Shown one piece after another: positions 7,350 through 18,460 of a stretch of 42,536 bases of DNA. The position numbers and the translations under genes are program-made. How positions within the stretch are numbered: position 1 is the stretch's first letter; each line of letters begins with the position of its first letter. The notes beneath the pieces were generated by a model. It had not been told where the DNA came from. It did no database searches and was given only the letters and a program-made list of their open reading frames with translations. The DNA comes from an uncultured archaeon (lineage in GTDB: Archaea > Thermoproteota > Bathyarchaeia > Bathyarchaeales > Bathycorpusculaceae), in contig CAWALK010000003.1 of assembly GCA_963782915.1 (NCBI GenBank), positions 1 through 42,536 of the forward strand, written 5' to 3'.

Positions 7350-10147
7350 TTAAGAGTATACAGCGGTAATATCCGTGTCTGAATACAGGGGGACGCTCAT
7401 GGGGCTGGAGTAGTAGCTGTTACCATTGTAATAATAGTACTGTAAACCGAACCAATAGACGTAGGGCTCAGTAGAGACATCGTAGCTACCTGGAGACAGA
7501 GCGATTGAATATGGTGTGGTACCACAGTATTGTGAATTGATGTAAACTGGTACACCATACATTTCATATCCAAGATAGTTTGAGTAGGCATGGACTGTTA
7601 AGGTGGGCATACTACCCACAACGATTCTTGTGGACGGTGACCAATTACTCCATACCCCATTGGCGCATTGCGCTTGTACTCGAACATCGTAGATACCTTG
7701 TGCCCATGAATGCGAAGCGTATACTGTCTGTCCGTTGGAACCACTGGCTTGACCGTATTGACTTCCATCGCCCCAGTCAAATCGGTAGTTAATACCGTGG
7801 AATTGACTATCGACTGCTTGTGCACTAAAATCGTATGTCCAGCCTGGATTGCCTGTTGTTGGACCGCCGATCGAAGGCGCGGTTACGTAGTCAGACGGCT
7901 GGAAGTTTCTTAAGTGTATTCGACCATTACCGTAGACACTTAGATAACAGCCGCCATAAGGCACTAGTTCGTCGTAACCACTTGGTGGGTAATCAGGTAA
8001 ATCCTCAATGATACCATTCCCATTTTTATCCATGGGCCATACAGCTTCGAACCCGTTGTATAATGGACTTTGTGTAAAGCTTTGAACTCCTGGCCAGCTA
8101 TATGCCGACGCTAAGTTCAAGGCATCGTTGACAGAGTTGTCGAAATCCAATGCAAAGTAGAAGAAGAAGGTGACCCAGACCGACCAATAAGGCGCTTGAG
8201 GATCGTCCCATGCAACTTTTTGGTCTAAAGCCAATGAACCGTAGCTGAAGCCTATGTAGCATTGAGGAAAGTCATCTGGCGCTCCGTAACCGTTACTGCT
8301 CATTTGTGAACCAGTTGGATTAGCGGTTACGATGCGATGGGTAAAACCAAATGGCATTCCTATCGGGTTACCCGTAGCTGTGAAGCCTTGACCAAATTGG
8401 TATAGGTTGCCTGACATACATGTATTAATGAAGGCAAAGTCAACTTTTGCTGGTGCGAATGTATTGTACATATCTAAGTCGTAAACGCCATGGCTAAAGT
8501 CGGTATGACCTTCCGGGTCAGTATAGTATTCTGGGGCTGTCCCAAAGATATTTCCTGAATCATCTTCAAACTGGTAATGGGCTTCGTCCTGTGGCATGTT
8601 ATAGCCTGCTTGTCCAGGAAAACCAGCCACTCCATGGTCAAAGTCGATAACAGTCACATAATCATATAGGGATGCCATAGAACTTGCCTCGGAAAGAATA
8701 GTCCCTTTATCAGCTGCGCCATAATTGTTATAGTCTGTGTAACCGTTGGAGGGTGTGAGGAAATTGTTATGGATGTAACTTGTGACAGAAGATGCCCTGT
8801 TTATTTCGCCATCGCTTTTTCGCCAGCTCCAAGAGTTATAACTCCACGCATCGGTGCTTCTTGAACCCCAGATTATGCTGCCTCGAGACGCGCTTGCGCT
8901 TGCAACTAAAGGCATGAACACAACTAATAGCATCAGGGTGCTCATGAGGATAACAAATATCTTCAAGAATTTCGGTTTATGGTTAAAAATAAGTTGGTGG
9001 TTTTTCTTTCTCCATGCAATTAGGGTAGCTGATCCTGCAATAATCGCTGATGGCAAAAGCAACCATAGCATCAAACTATAACCCGATATTTCATTGGAAG
9101 TAGTTTGTTTTTGCTCGATAGGATTGAGGGTTCCGTTCATAAGGAGTTCTGAATACAATGGCGTTATTGTGGTGTATAGTTCCTTTACACTTCTAACTTC
9201 TTTGCTGTCTGCCCAAATATCGACTTGCAAACCAAAAACTTGACCATACATCCTATCTAATGTTAGAGTAACAGTCCATACTGGATAGATTTCAAGAATA
9301 TTTTTGCTTCGTGAAGTATCTGCACCAATTGAATCGGCAAAATATAGGGTACTATCCCTAACTCTTTTCTCGTTAAGTGTTTCAGCGGTGAGGCTACTAG
9401 CATCCACTGGAATAGACCAAGAATGCTTCTGAGCAATATTTAGGGCTATTGAGACGGCTTCTTCTTTGCTTAGATTAACTACGGTGTTACCGATAGGATA
9501 TAGGTCCCAATTGTCCATAAATGAAGATAAAAATCCATCTTTAATACTTACGGATATTATTTTTGAGTATTCAGTTTTTGCATTATTAGCTGTGTAAGAC
9601 CACTTGAAGTTAGTGCTGTCGTTATAAAAGAGTACTTGAATTGATTTATCGGTCAATAGTGTGGTAATATTTCGGTTTGGTTCAACATCGGTTAAACTCG
9701 ATTCTATAGGTCAGAGAAGATTTGTTTGCTCGTGTATTTTTGGTAGTTATCTAAAAAGGATTGGGCGCTACTAACCGCGTTATAAATAATTGGTGATTCT
9801 GTTAGATAGGGAGTGCCAGTATTTTCGAGAACATAAATGCCTTGTAAATTATCGTTAACAGAGCTGAAGAAAATTCTTATACGGCTTTTTTCAGAAGTTA
9901 GATTGAAAAGGACACCGTCCATGGAGGCACCGCCGAGTTGCTCCAAACTTACGCTATTCTCTTGAGAAACTACATTGTATTTACTAAGGTCAAGATTTAG
10001 CACTTTCTGCATGACACTTAGGCTATTTTCTTTCAATGTCACCTCAGCGGCTTGTGTGCGTGGTGCTAAAGAGGCGTATATACAGGAAATTGATAAACTG
10101 ACTAATAATAAAGCTAAAATCATTTTTGGCTTAAATCGTTTATTCAT
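7350..10147 (-). CDS. Large surface polyprotein: signal peptide, PepSY-like domain, two TM segments, caspase/gingipain-fold (clan CD-like) domain, PKD, PEGA-like (frameshift ~9705)
   Basis: ORFs 9704-10147 and 7350-9656 are joined by an open bridge (ESSLTDVEPNRNITTLL). Motifs LSKEEAVSIA, YPVW.V, VDIWAD, VIDFDHG, FAFINTCMS, CYIGF, YRFDWGDGS, VYINSQYCGTTP. Confidence 0.6.
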
Positions 10148-10408
10148 TCAAATCACCTTAAGAGCAGTAAATACCTATACAGGATTTTTCGAGCTTAACA
10201 ACCTCCGTGTTGTTTGATGCTCTGCCGCTCTCTAAATGATCTTTCTGTAATAGTAGTATTTAAGATTTAATCAATTTCTGAATATCCCGGAATAAATAAC
10301 TTAAAAACGCTAAAGCCTTTTAGTAGTGGACCATCGGCAATATTTTTGCAAGGCTTTTATGCCATTTTTAAATGACATTAAGGAATTAGACTAATAAAAA
10401 TCGAGTTA

Positions 10409-10439
10409 GTCAAGAAATGTATACAAAAATCCTTTTAAA
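10409..10439 (+). promoter_or_regulatory. Operator GTCAA-gaaatg-TATAC plus BRE/TATA (TTTTAAA 10433-10439)
   Basis: Same 8-bp operator-TATA spacing as the sites at 1434 and 1864; ATG at 10463 is consistent with a leaderless mRNA. Confidence 0.55.
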
Positions 10440-10462
10440 CTAATCGATTTAATTAATTAATT

Positions 10463-11395
10463 ATGAAGCGAATAGTTGCTTTAGTATTTATTTTTACTTT
10501 AACGGCGTCCTTTATTCTCAACACTGGGGTAGTTATTGCAAATCCCTCTTTACTAACTATTTTTCCAGGAGGCACAGTACCACCGGACAATTCTACAAAA
10601 GCACCAATTATAATAATTGGCATTGAGCAGAATAAAAATTTTTCATATGGCATCATCTCGATTCCGGTTAAGGTAACAGTGGGGGAATCAAACTCGGCAA
10701 GTTTTACACAAATTAAAGAAGTCTACTATAAAGGGGATTGGCAGATTAACGATACATCGGTCTATAAATTTACCCCAACAACGTGGAACATGTCAGGCGG
10801 ATGGCCCAATAATTATACCACGCCTCAACCCTCAATAGCTGAGCTATCAACTAACTTAAACCTCTCCGAGGTACCGGAAGGAAAACATATGTTAACTATC
10901 TATGCTATGGAAGATGGACAATATAATGTACGAAAAGAGTCTCCAACAAGCATAAATGGATATGTAATGATTGGATACAATTTTAAAATCAATTCATCGG
11001 CGTCAATAAATTTTATCGTCGATACTATCTCACCAAGCATCCAACTATCAATTCAGAACAGCACATATTACACTAATGAATTGCCATTAACTCTAAAAGC
11101 CGATGAACCGCTATCTCAATTTTCATATAGTTTAGATAACCAAGCTAACGTTACATTACCAGGAAATACTACACTAACAGGCTTAACCTATGGCAGCCAT
11201 AACATAGCTGTCTATACAACGGATTCCGCTGGAAACATCGATAGACAGATAATTACTTTCAATATCGCTCAACCGCTCCCGGCGATACCTATTACATTGG
11301 CTTTTTTGGCAATTTGTGGTGGTTTGCTTACAATTTTCACAATTAAAAGGCAGGGACATTCCTCAAATAAAGAAGGGACATTGAAAAGACCATGA
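10463..11395 (+). CDS. Secreted/membrane-anchored protein with tandem Ig-like domains
   Basis: Signal peptide MKRIVALVFIFTL; LPEG-H-like repeats (VPEGKHMLTIYA, LTYGSHNIAVYTTDSAGN); C-terminal TM; C-terminal domain paralogous to that of 1-1404. Confidence 0.7.
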   Translation: MKRIVALVFIFTLTASFILNTGVVIANPSLLTIFPGGTVPPDNSTKAPIIIIGIEQNKNFSYGIISIPVKVTVGESNSASFTQIKEVYYKGDWQINDTSVYKFTPTTWNMSGGWPNNYTTPQPSIAELSTNLNLSEVPEGKHMLTIYAMEDGQYNVRKESPTSINGYVMIGYNFKINSSASINFIVDTISPSIQLSIQNSTYYTNELPLTLKADEPLSQFSYSLDNQANVTLPGNTTLTGLTYGSHNIAVYTTDSAGNIDRQIITFNIAQPLPAIPITLAFLAICGGLLTIFTIKRQGHSSNKEGTLKRP

Positions 11396-11981
11396 TTTCT
11401 TTTTTTTCCCAAATTTTTCCTGCGCACAAGTCCGTTCGCATGATTGCTTTAGATAACTCTGGGTGATGGAGCGCCGGTTTGAAAGGTAAGATAAGTCGAT
11501 ACAACTGTTCAATCCTATCGTTTGATTATAGAGGGGAAATAGAAAATTGGAGTGTCTTTAGAAAATTCGTCATTACGGTTCTCTGGGAAAAAAAAGGTTC
11601 ATATCTCCTGCATTTTAAGTATTAGCGCATTGCGGCTTTTCAATTTTCCCAGTTTACCCAAGATAATCTCAGGCGGTGCAGATCATTATATTATTCTTAT
11701 TTGGTTGTATGACCTTACTTTATTCGGAGGCAAACGAACTGAAGAATCGATTTAGGTTCTTCGGGGGAAGCGGCTATTTATCTTTGATATAAATATAAAC
11801 CGTAGATGGGAACGTTTGAGCGGTTGCTTCGGTGCCGTATACCCGCTTGTTATTGCGGCTAAAAATTGCAAATTGAACTTACCTCGCTATAGATTGGGCA
11901 TAGAGTTACTATCAGGTTATAATAGGTTGGTTTAGCACGATTGCTATGACAGTAGGCTTACAAGAAACCCTAACCAACTAC

Positions 11982-12483
11982 TCACGGTTGACTGTATAAA
12001 ATCAACGGTGCCTTGTTAGATATATACAAAGGATGCTTAGGTTTCCCATTCTTATTCTGTGCAAAACACCACAACTCCTGCTTACCCAATAGGTTTAGTA
12101 GCAATTGGTGTCTTTGGTCAGTGGCATGGTTACCCCAAGCAACCACAACTTTCGATGCAGCCCTTACATTGCTCCGAAATATGGTAGTCATTCAAGTCAC
12201 CGTTAGGATCCACAAGATCTTTTAGAGCTGAGGGGTCAGTGGAGCGATAACCATATGCATTGAGCATTACCAACTCGCCAAAACCATCTCGTCTAGCAAT
12301 AGTGATGCATTTGCGTACTGTGTTATCGTCTATACGCTCATCGGCTACGCTTGGGTTTAAACCTATGAAAACTATTTTTGGCTTCGCCTCATCCCACAAT
12401 CGATGGAGAACATAACGGTATTCATTGTTTAGCCCTGCCCAAACACAACGTGAATCAATAATATCTGTCTGTACTGGTATCAT
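11982..12483 (-). CDS. DUF1643 family protein (frameshift ~12165)
   Basis: YRYVLHRLWD, FIGLNPSVAD...DNTVRKC, NAYGYRSTDP, then in the next frame VVVAWG...PKHPLY. Confidence 0.85.
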
Positions 12484-12656
12484 GCGAACTTCAGTACTTC
12501 CTTGTTAGTTCAAGCGTTAATTTATTGCGCTTTCCAGACAGCTTTACTATGTGTTAGCGTGTGGGCTGTTTTTGGTTTGGGGTCTGGCTTGATTAAGTAT
12601 ATGAGTGTTTGACGATGGATTTTTATTATCGATAAACGTTGAAACACACGAAAGCT

Positions 12657-13079
12657 ATGACAAGCCCACAGCAAGCCCCCACTTCGAAGCTAAAAAAGCA
12701 GAGAGCAATAAGGGTGCTGTTGATGGTTGCGGGTACAGTTTGCCTCTGTTTGGGGGCATTAGGGATTTTTTTGCCTATTTTGCCAACTACACCGTTTTTG
12801 CTCTTAGCCGCTGCTTGTTACATGCGCAGTTCCGAGCGTCTCCACAAATGGCTAATAAATAACAGATGGTTTGGCGAATACATCAAAAATTATCAAGCGG
12901 GCAGAGGCATTCCTAAAAAGACAAAAATTGTTGCCTTAGCCTTCATGTGGATAGCGATATTGTACTCAACGTTTTTTGTTGTGGATGAATTCTTGATTGC
13001 CCAAATCGTGCTCCTGCTTGTTGCAGCAGGGGTAAGCGTGCACTTGATTAGGTTACCCAACTTCAAAAGGCAACTCTAA
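12657..13079 (+). CDS. YbaN/DUF454 family membrane protein
   Basis: LGALGIFLPILPTTPFLLLAAACYMRSS.RLHKWL....FG.YI..Y; start ATG 12657 or TTG 12639. Confidence 0.9.
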   Translation: MTSPQQAPTSKLKKQRAIRVLLMVAGTVCLCLGALGIFLPILPTTPFLLLAAACYMRSSERLHKWLINNRWFGEYIKNYQAGRGIPKKTKIVALAFMWIAILYSTFFVVDEFLIAQIVLLLVAAGVSVHLIRLPNFKRQL

Positions 13080-13154
13080 ACTTGGCGGGTCAGCGGTAAA
13101 TGGGAAACATTAAAAACCTTAACAATGCTTCCTTTAAGATAGGTTGATGCGGCT

Positions 13155-14450
13155 TTGAGCGACAAATATGCACCCCTCGTAGGCGACAACTATGCACCTG
13201 AAAAAATCAGAGTTATTATTCCTGTTGGTGGAAAAGCAACAAGGCTTCTGCCCCTAACAGCGGAAACCAGTAAAGCCTGCCTACGATTGCTTAACAGGCC
13301 GCTTGTCGAATTCTCCCTGCTATCCCTTGCAAGTCAGGGTATACGAAATTTTGTTTTCGGTGTTAAAGGATACACCAACTACCGAGACCTCTATGACTAT
13401 TTTCAGTCGGGTGAAGGGTTCTCCGCAAGATACAACATAAAACCGCATATTCATATTAAATATCAGCCTAATGTCCCCGATTTGGGCAGCGCTGATTCTG
13501 CACGCATAAACATGGAATACTATGAACTAAACAACCCCGTTTTTGCTGTGCAGGGCGATAACATCTTTGACCTAAAAATTAAAAACCTGATAGATTTCCA
13601 CAAAGAAAAAGAATCTGCGCTAACAATCGTGCTACGCGAAGTCGATAATGTCGAGGGCTTAGGTATAGCTGACATCGACAAAGATGGGCGCATACAAAGA
13701 TTCGTCGAAAAGCCTCTACCCAAGGATGCACCAAGCAACCTAGCAAACACGGGATTATACATGATTTCACCTGAAGTCCGCAAGATTTTCAGAGAAAAAG
13801 GTGTGCAGCAAATTCTCAAAGAAAAGAACCGCCTTGACTTCGGATATGATTTCATACCCTACGTTATCTCTACAGGGCGCCCAGTTTATGGGTACACTCT
13901 TAAGGGCAGCTGGTTTGATGTGGGCACACCTAAAAGCTATTTGGAAGCCATGAAGAACTTGCTGCATGGCGAATTTTCCACGCTCAAAGACTTTGGCGGC
14001 AGATTAAGTGATGATTGTTTAGTTTGGGTTCAAGGAGAAAGTAGCGATTCCGAGAAACGCAGACACGAAATCATCCAGAAAATTAAACAGAAAAAAATCA
14101 AAGTTGAAGGCGCAGTCTTGATTGGGCGACACTGTGAGATTGAGGATGGCGCACGAATAGTAAACTCATGCATTGACAATTTTACAAGGATAGGTAAGAA
14201 CGCTGTCATCGCCAACTCTGCAGTGATGGATCGAGTCATCATCGGCGACAACGCAGAAGTCTATGATAGCATAATCGGCCGACATGTTGTTGTTAACTCA
14301 AGCAGCATTCGACCTACAAAAGTCAGCGCTGTAAGCGTAGTTGCGGATGATGTTACCTTAGAAGAAGGCTGCACTTTGGTTGGCTCAAAAGTTTATCCTC
14401 ACCAGCATATACGGGGCGAATTCCAGAACCAAACAATAATAGCCAATTAA
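13155..14450 (+). CDS. Sugar-1-phosphate nucleotidyltransferase with C-terminal left-handed beta helix (GlgC-like / NDP-sugar synthase)
   Basis: GGKATRLLPLT...K, GSADS, GDNI, FVEKP, ANTGLY, DFGYDFIP, WFDVGT..SY; hexapeptide repeats at the C-terminus. Confidence 0.85.
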   Translation: MSDKYAPLVGDNYAPEKIRVIIPVGGKATRLLPLTAETSKACLRLLNRPLVEFSLLSLASQGIRNFVFGVKGYTNYRDLYDYFQSGEGFSARYNIKPHIHIKYQPNVPDLGSADSARINMEYYELNNPVFAVQGDNIFDLKIKNLIDFHKEKESALTIVLREVDNVEGLGIADIDKDGRIQRFVEKPLPKDAPSNLANTGLYMISPEVRKIFREKGVQQILKEKNRLDFGYDFIPYVISTGRPVYGYTLKGSWFDVGTPKSYLEAMKNLLHGEFSTLKDFGGRLSDDCLVWVQGESSDSEKRRHEIIQKIKQKKIKVEGAVLIGRHCEIEDGARIVNSCIDNFTRIGKNAVIANSAVMDRVIIGDNAEVYDSIIGRHVVVNSSSIRPTKVSAVSVVADDVTLEEGCTLVGSKVYPHQHIRGEFQNQTIIAN

Positions 14451-14451
14451 A

Positions 14452-15006
14452 CTATGCCTTAAACCATTTGAACATTAGATACTTAATTTTCTTGGTATCT
14501 AAATCTGGCACGGCAATTATGAAACGTTTCCGCACGGTCGTTGCAAGCCGACCATTTTTTACAATCTCAGTTGCAGAAATATCTGATCCTGCCTTTTTGA
14601 CAGTGACCATGTAAGGCGCATGTTCCACGCCTGGACCATACTTGTAAACTGCGAAGTCACAGCCGAATTTTATTCCAGGCGTAACGATTAAGCCGCTGTC
14701 ACGCATATCATGGTAAACAGCATATTTTTCTTCGAATTCCTCGTAGAGTTGCTTGGCTTTGATTCGGAGTTTTTTGAGATTAACTTTTTCCTCGCCAGGG
14801 TTTTCGTAAATCTCGATTTTTTCGGTTTCGGCTAGGTAGAGCCCTTCCATTAAGTCTAAAACAAGCGGTACATCGAATTCTGGAATTTTAGGTTTGGGGA
14901 TGCCCACTGGTTTGCCGTAGTAGGCGGTTTTGTAGAGTTCGGAGCCCTCTGTGGGGTTCCAGACGACAAGAAAGTTTTCGATGAGTTCAACCCTGATTTG
15001 AGGCAT
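14452..15006 (-). CDS. endA: tRNA-intron endonuclease, catalytic subunit
   Basis: GIKFGCDFAVYKYGPGVEHAPY and RLATTVRK contain the Tyr-His-Lys triad. Confidence 0.92.
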   Translation of the reverse strand: MPQIRVELIENFLVVWNPTEGSELYKTAYYGKPVGIPKPKIPEFDVPLVLDLMEGLYLAETEKIEIYENPGEEKVNLKKLRIKAKQLYEEFEEKYAVYHDMRDSGLIVTPGIKFGCDFAVYKYGPGVEHAPYMVTVKKAGSDISATEIVKNGRLATTVRKRFIIAVPDLDTKKIKYLMFKWFKA

Positions 15007-15016
15007 CGGTTTTGGC

Positions 15017-15677
15017 CTACATTATGAATGAGACTAATCGGGCTGCGTCTGCTGCGTCTTCGGCTTTGTCCGCGGAGTTCTCGAGCAATTGCAATACGTC
15101 TCGGAGGAGTAGTAGAACGGGGGTGTCGAGTTTGGCGGAGAGGACTTTGATTGTTAAGGCGCGGTATTGGTCGTCTACTATGCGTTCGGCGATTTCTACG
15201 TCTTTGGCTCGTTCGAGAGTTTTTTCGGAACCATAGTTGAGGACCATCATGGTTTCTCGTAAGTTTTAATGTGGCGTCTAGTGTTGCTAGGCTGAGTTTT
15301 AGGAGGTCTTTTTTGATTTCTGCAGGTATCGCCCAGTTGTGCTCCATGATTTCGAGCAGGTAATATGCGATGCCTTCGCTGAAGTCGGCTATTTCGCTTG
15401 ATAAGTTTGTGAATCGTAGGAAGTCTTCTCGGGCGTAGAGTATGGCGCCGATTTCTGCTAGTTCTTGGCTGACGACTCGGCGTGATTTGACGACTTCTTC
15501 TTCGCCTGCTTTTATTTCGCTGAGGAGTTTGCGGACGTTTTCTTTGTCTCCGCTGGCGAAGTATTCGACGAGTTGGGGGATTTTTCTGTTTACGTCTAGG
15601 ACCTTGCGTAGGTTGTCTTGGCAAGCGTTTAGTGCGCGCCTTTTTACGCGCTCTTCGGTTTCTGATGGCATTACCAT
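15017..15677 (-). CDS. DUF47 / PhoU-like phosphate transport regulator (frameshift ~15260)
   Basis: Helical repeat with E...R...REDF....EIAD in the first half and E...D..YR...LE..ADKAEDAAD in the second half. Confidence 0.8.
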
Positions 15678-15746
15678 ATTTTATCCCCCGCTATAATCAA
15701 CATTTTATTAATCTGGTAGTTAACACGTGTGTATTAAAAAAGGTAG

Positions 15747-17523
15747 CTACTGAGTTTTAATTATGCTTCCTAAGTCAGCGAAGTTTGCTTTGCATTCAAA
15801 GTATTTGTGTAGCAGTTGGGGTAGCTCTGTTATTGGGGTTCGGACTTGTTGCCAGCTGTCGCGGTCTCGGATGGTTACTGTGCCGTCGGTTAGGGTGTCG
15901 TAGTCGATGGTTATACCGAGTTGGATGCCTGCTTCGTCTGCTCTTGCGTAGCGTCTGCCGATTGAGCCTGTTTCGTCATATTCTGTCATGAAGCCTTCGC
16001 AGGCGAGTAGTTTTTGGATTTCTTTGGCTTTGGTGTCTAAGCCGTCTTTGCCCATGAGCGGATAAATGCCGACTTGGATTGGCGCAAGAGTACGTGGGAA
16101 GCTCAGTACGGCGCGGTCGTCTTTAACTCCGTAAGCGTATTCTAAAGCGATGTAGAAGAGGCGGTCGCAACCGAAGCTGGGTTCAACCACGTGGGGTATG
16201 AAGCGTTTGCCTCGGATGGTGGTTTTTTGTTTGCCGATTTCTACTTGTTCTTTGAAGATTTGGTAGCCTTCGACTAGGATGCTGCCGTCTTTTGCCATAG
16301 CCTCTTGGACTTGTTGTGCTGGGAGTTTGGCGAGTGCTGCTGCTGCTTTGCCTGCGTCGCCTTTGTAGACGGGGCCAATCTTTGCCATAAGTGGCTTAAC
16401 TGTTAATTCTTCGGTTTCGATTGGGGTGGCGTATTCTTTGTAGACGGTCATGTCTACGCCGCTGGCTTTCATGTGGCAGGTTAAATCGTAGTCTGTGCGG
16501 TAAGCGTGGCCTGAAACTTCTACCCAGCCCCAGCGGTCAACGAGGACTTCTTGGTCGAAGCTTTGTGTGCTGTAGTGGGCTTTTTCCCAGGTTAATTTTT
16601 CGAGGAACCGCTGCTTATTCGCGGGTACTCCGAGTTCGGTTAGGAGGCGTTTGGCTTGTGCCATAAAGAAGGCTTGCCACTCGCTTTTGATGATGCCTTT
16701 GTCGAGTGCTTCTCGGACTGTGAAGTTTGTGATGTCTTCGCATTCTTTGAGGCGAGTTTCGCATAGGAGGATTGGCAGTACTTCGTTTTCTACTTCGGCG
16801 ATTTTGTCGCATGTTGGTTCTTCGGGGTCGAAGAAGAATTCGAGGTCGGCGATGGTGAATTCTCTTAGGCGGATTAAGCCTTGGCGCGGGCTGATTTCGT
16901 TGCGCAGGGCTTTGCCGATGTTTATGCAGCCAAACGGTAAGCGTTCTCGGGCGACGGTGTAGAGGCGGTTGAATTCTACGAATATGTTTTGGGCTGCTTC
17001 GGGTCTGCCGTAGCCCACGGAGCCTGCGTATGGTCCGATGGTGGTTTCGAACATGGTTAGGTAGCGTGTGGGTTCGCCGAATGGTCCGCCGCAGTCTGGG
17101 CAGACGATTTCGTGGGTTTTTAATTCAGCTTTGATGTCGTCTAAGCTCATTTTTTCTGCTTCAGCAGAAGATGATCCCTTTTTCTTCGAGCAGGTGGTCT
17201 GCGCGGAATCGTGTGTGACATTTCTGGCACTCCACCATGGGCTCTTTAAAGTGCGCAACATGGCCTGATGCTTCAAACACTTTGGCAGGCGCAATAACGG
17301 AGGATTCCATTTCGTAGATGCCGATTTTTTTAACCATAAGCTCCCGCAGTTTCGCCTCAATATTCTGTTTAAGGCGAGTGCCCAATGGGCCGTAAGTGAC
17401 AAAACCGCCGCTTCCCCCATAAATCTCGAAACTGCTCCAGAAGAAGCCTCGGCGTTTAGCGAGTTCGTTGACTGCGACGAATCTGTCGCATTGCGGTTTG
17501 GTGCTTTTTGGTTCGCTGCTCAA
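15747..17523 (-). CDS. glyS: Glycyl-tRNA synthetase (archaeal/eukaryotic type; frameshift ~17165)
   Basis: RRGFFWSSFEIYGG, YGPLG, ASGH, RPEAAQ, RNEISPRQGLIRLREF, PHVVEPSFG, SIGRRYARADEAG. Confidence 0.95.
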
Positions 17524-18221
17524 AGTTGATTACCTGTTTTAACCCTTTTAGGCTGGATTAGGGATTAAAATGTTGTGTGTAAGAATCAGTCACTGCTTGT
17601 GTGTTTTGGCGAGTTTTAATTTGCCTTGTAGCGGTTTACCGTTGTTTTTTTAATGGTGTTTGCAGGAGTGTTGTGGCATTTTTTGCACGCAGCTCGGTTT
17701 ATGGTGAAGCAGAGGTCTTTTGCTTTGCCGACTCTCCCTTCTCGATTGTATACCCTAAATAGATGCACAAGAAAAGCAAGCACATGCGGGCGTTTGTTGG
17801 AATTGCTGGGCTTTATGCGTTTGCAGATGGGTTTGCTCGGTTGCTAGGCGTTTGTGCCAGAGGTTAAAGGTTCGGGGTTAAGTGGGCTTTGTTGCTCTGC
17901 CAAGCACCCCCTCCCCTTATATATAGACTGAATTCCTGAATAAGTTTGCAAACAATGATAGTGCAATGCATGTCGGGCACTAGCATGGCCCATTCGGTTC
18001 CCTTACGCCCGCTGCACCAGTGGAAAACAACCGCCACCCTATAAAGAATGTTCACGATCAAAAAAGCATGATAAAAACAGCCAAACAGGCCATTCAAACC
18101 TCAGGCAGGGCAAAAACCCCAGGTATTCTACGCTTGCTAAGGCTGCGCTACCCCGAAATCTTGAGCGAGTGGAATCGACCACCAATCTTATAATCAATCA
18201 AACCGACAGAAACCTCGGTAT

Positions 18222-18460
18222 CCCCTCAAAACATTAACAATAAGCCTCATAACGCTACTTTTAGCCAGCCTCTTAATATACATCCAACAACCCATAGTCA
18301 CGGATGATTCACCCGACAACACAACTTTAGGCTATGTCTTAGACTCAAAAGGCAACCCCATAGCCATCCCAAACATACACATTCAGAAAAGGCACAGCAC
18401 CTTGGCAGACCTGCAACACAAATGACTCGGACTACTATCAACTAAAACCCGACTCGGCCG
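18222..18460 (+). pseudogene. Decayed secreted-protein gene fragment (carboxypeptidase-regulatory-like domain)
   Basis: PLKTLTISLITLLLASLLIY...GYVLDSKGNPI, followed by stops and frameshifts. Confidence 0.35.

Noticed and set aside
11790-11860. Weak hairpin with AAC...GTT ends (possible second attC)
   Set aside because: Pairing is poor and inconsistent, and it is not flanked by cassette-like ORFs.
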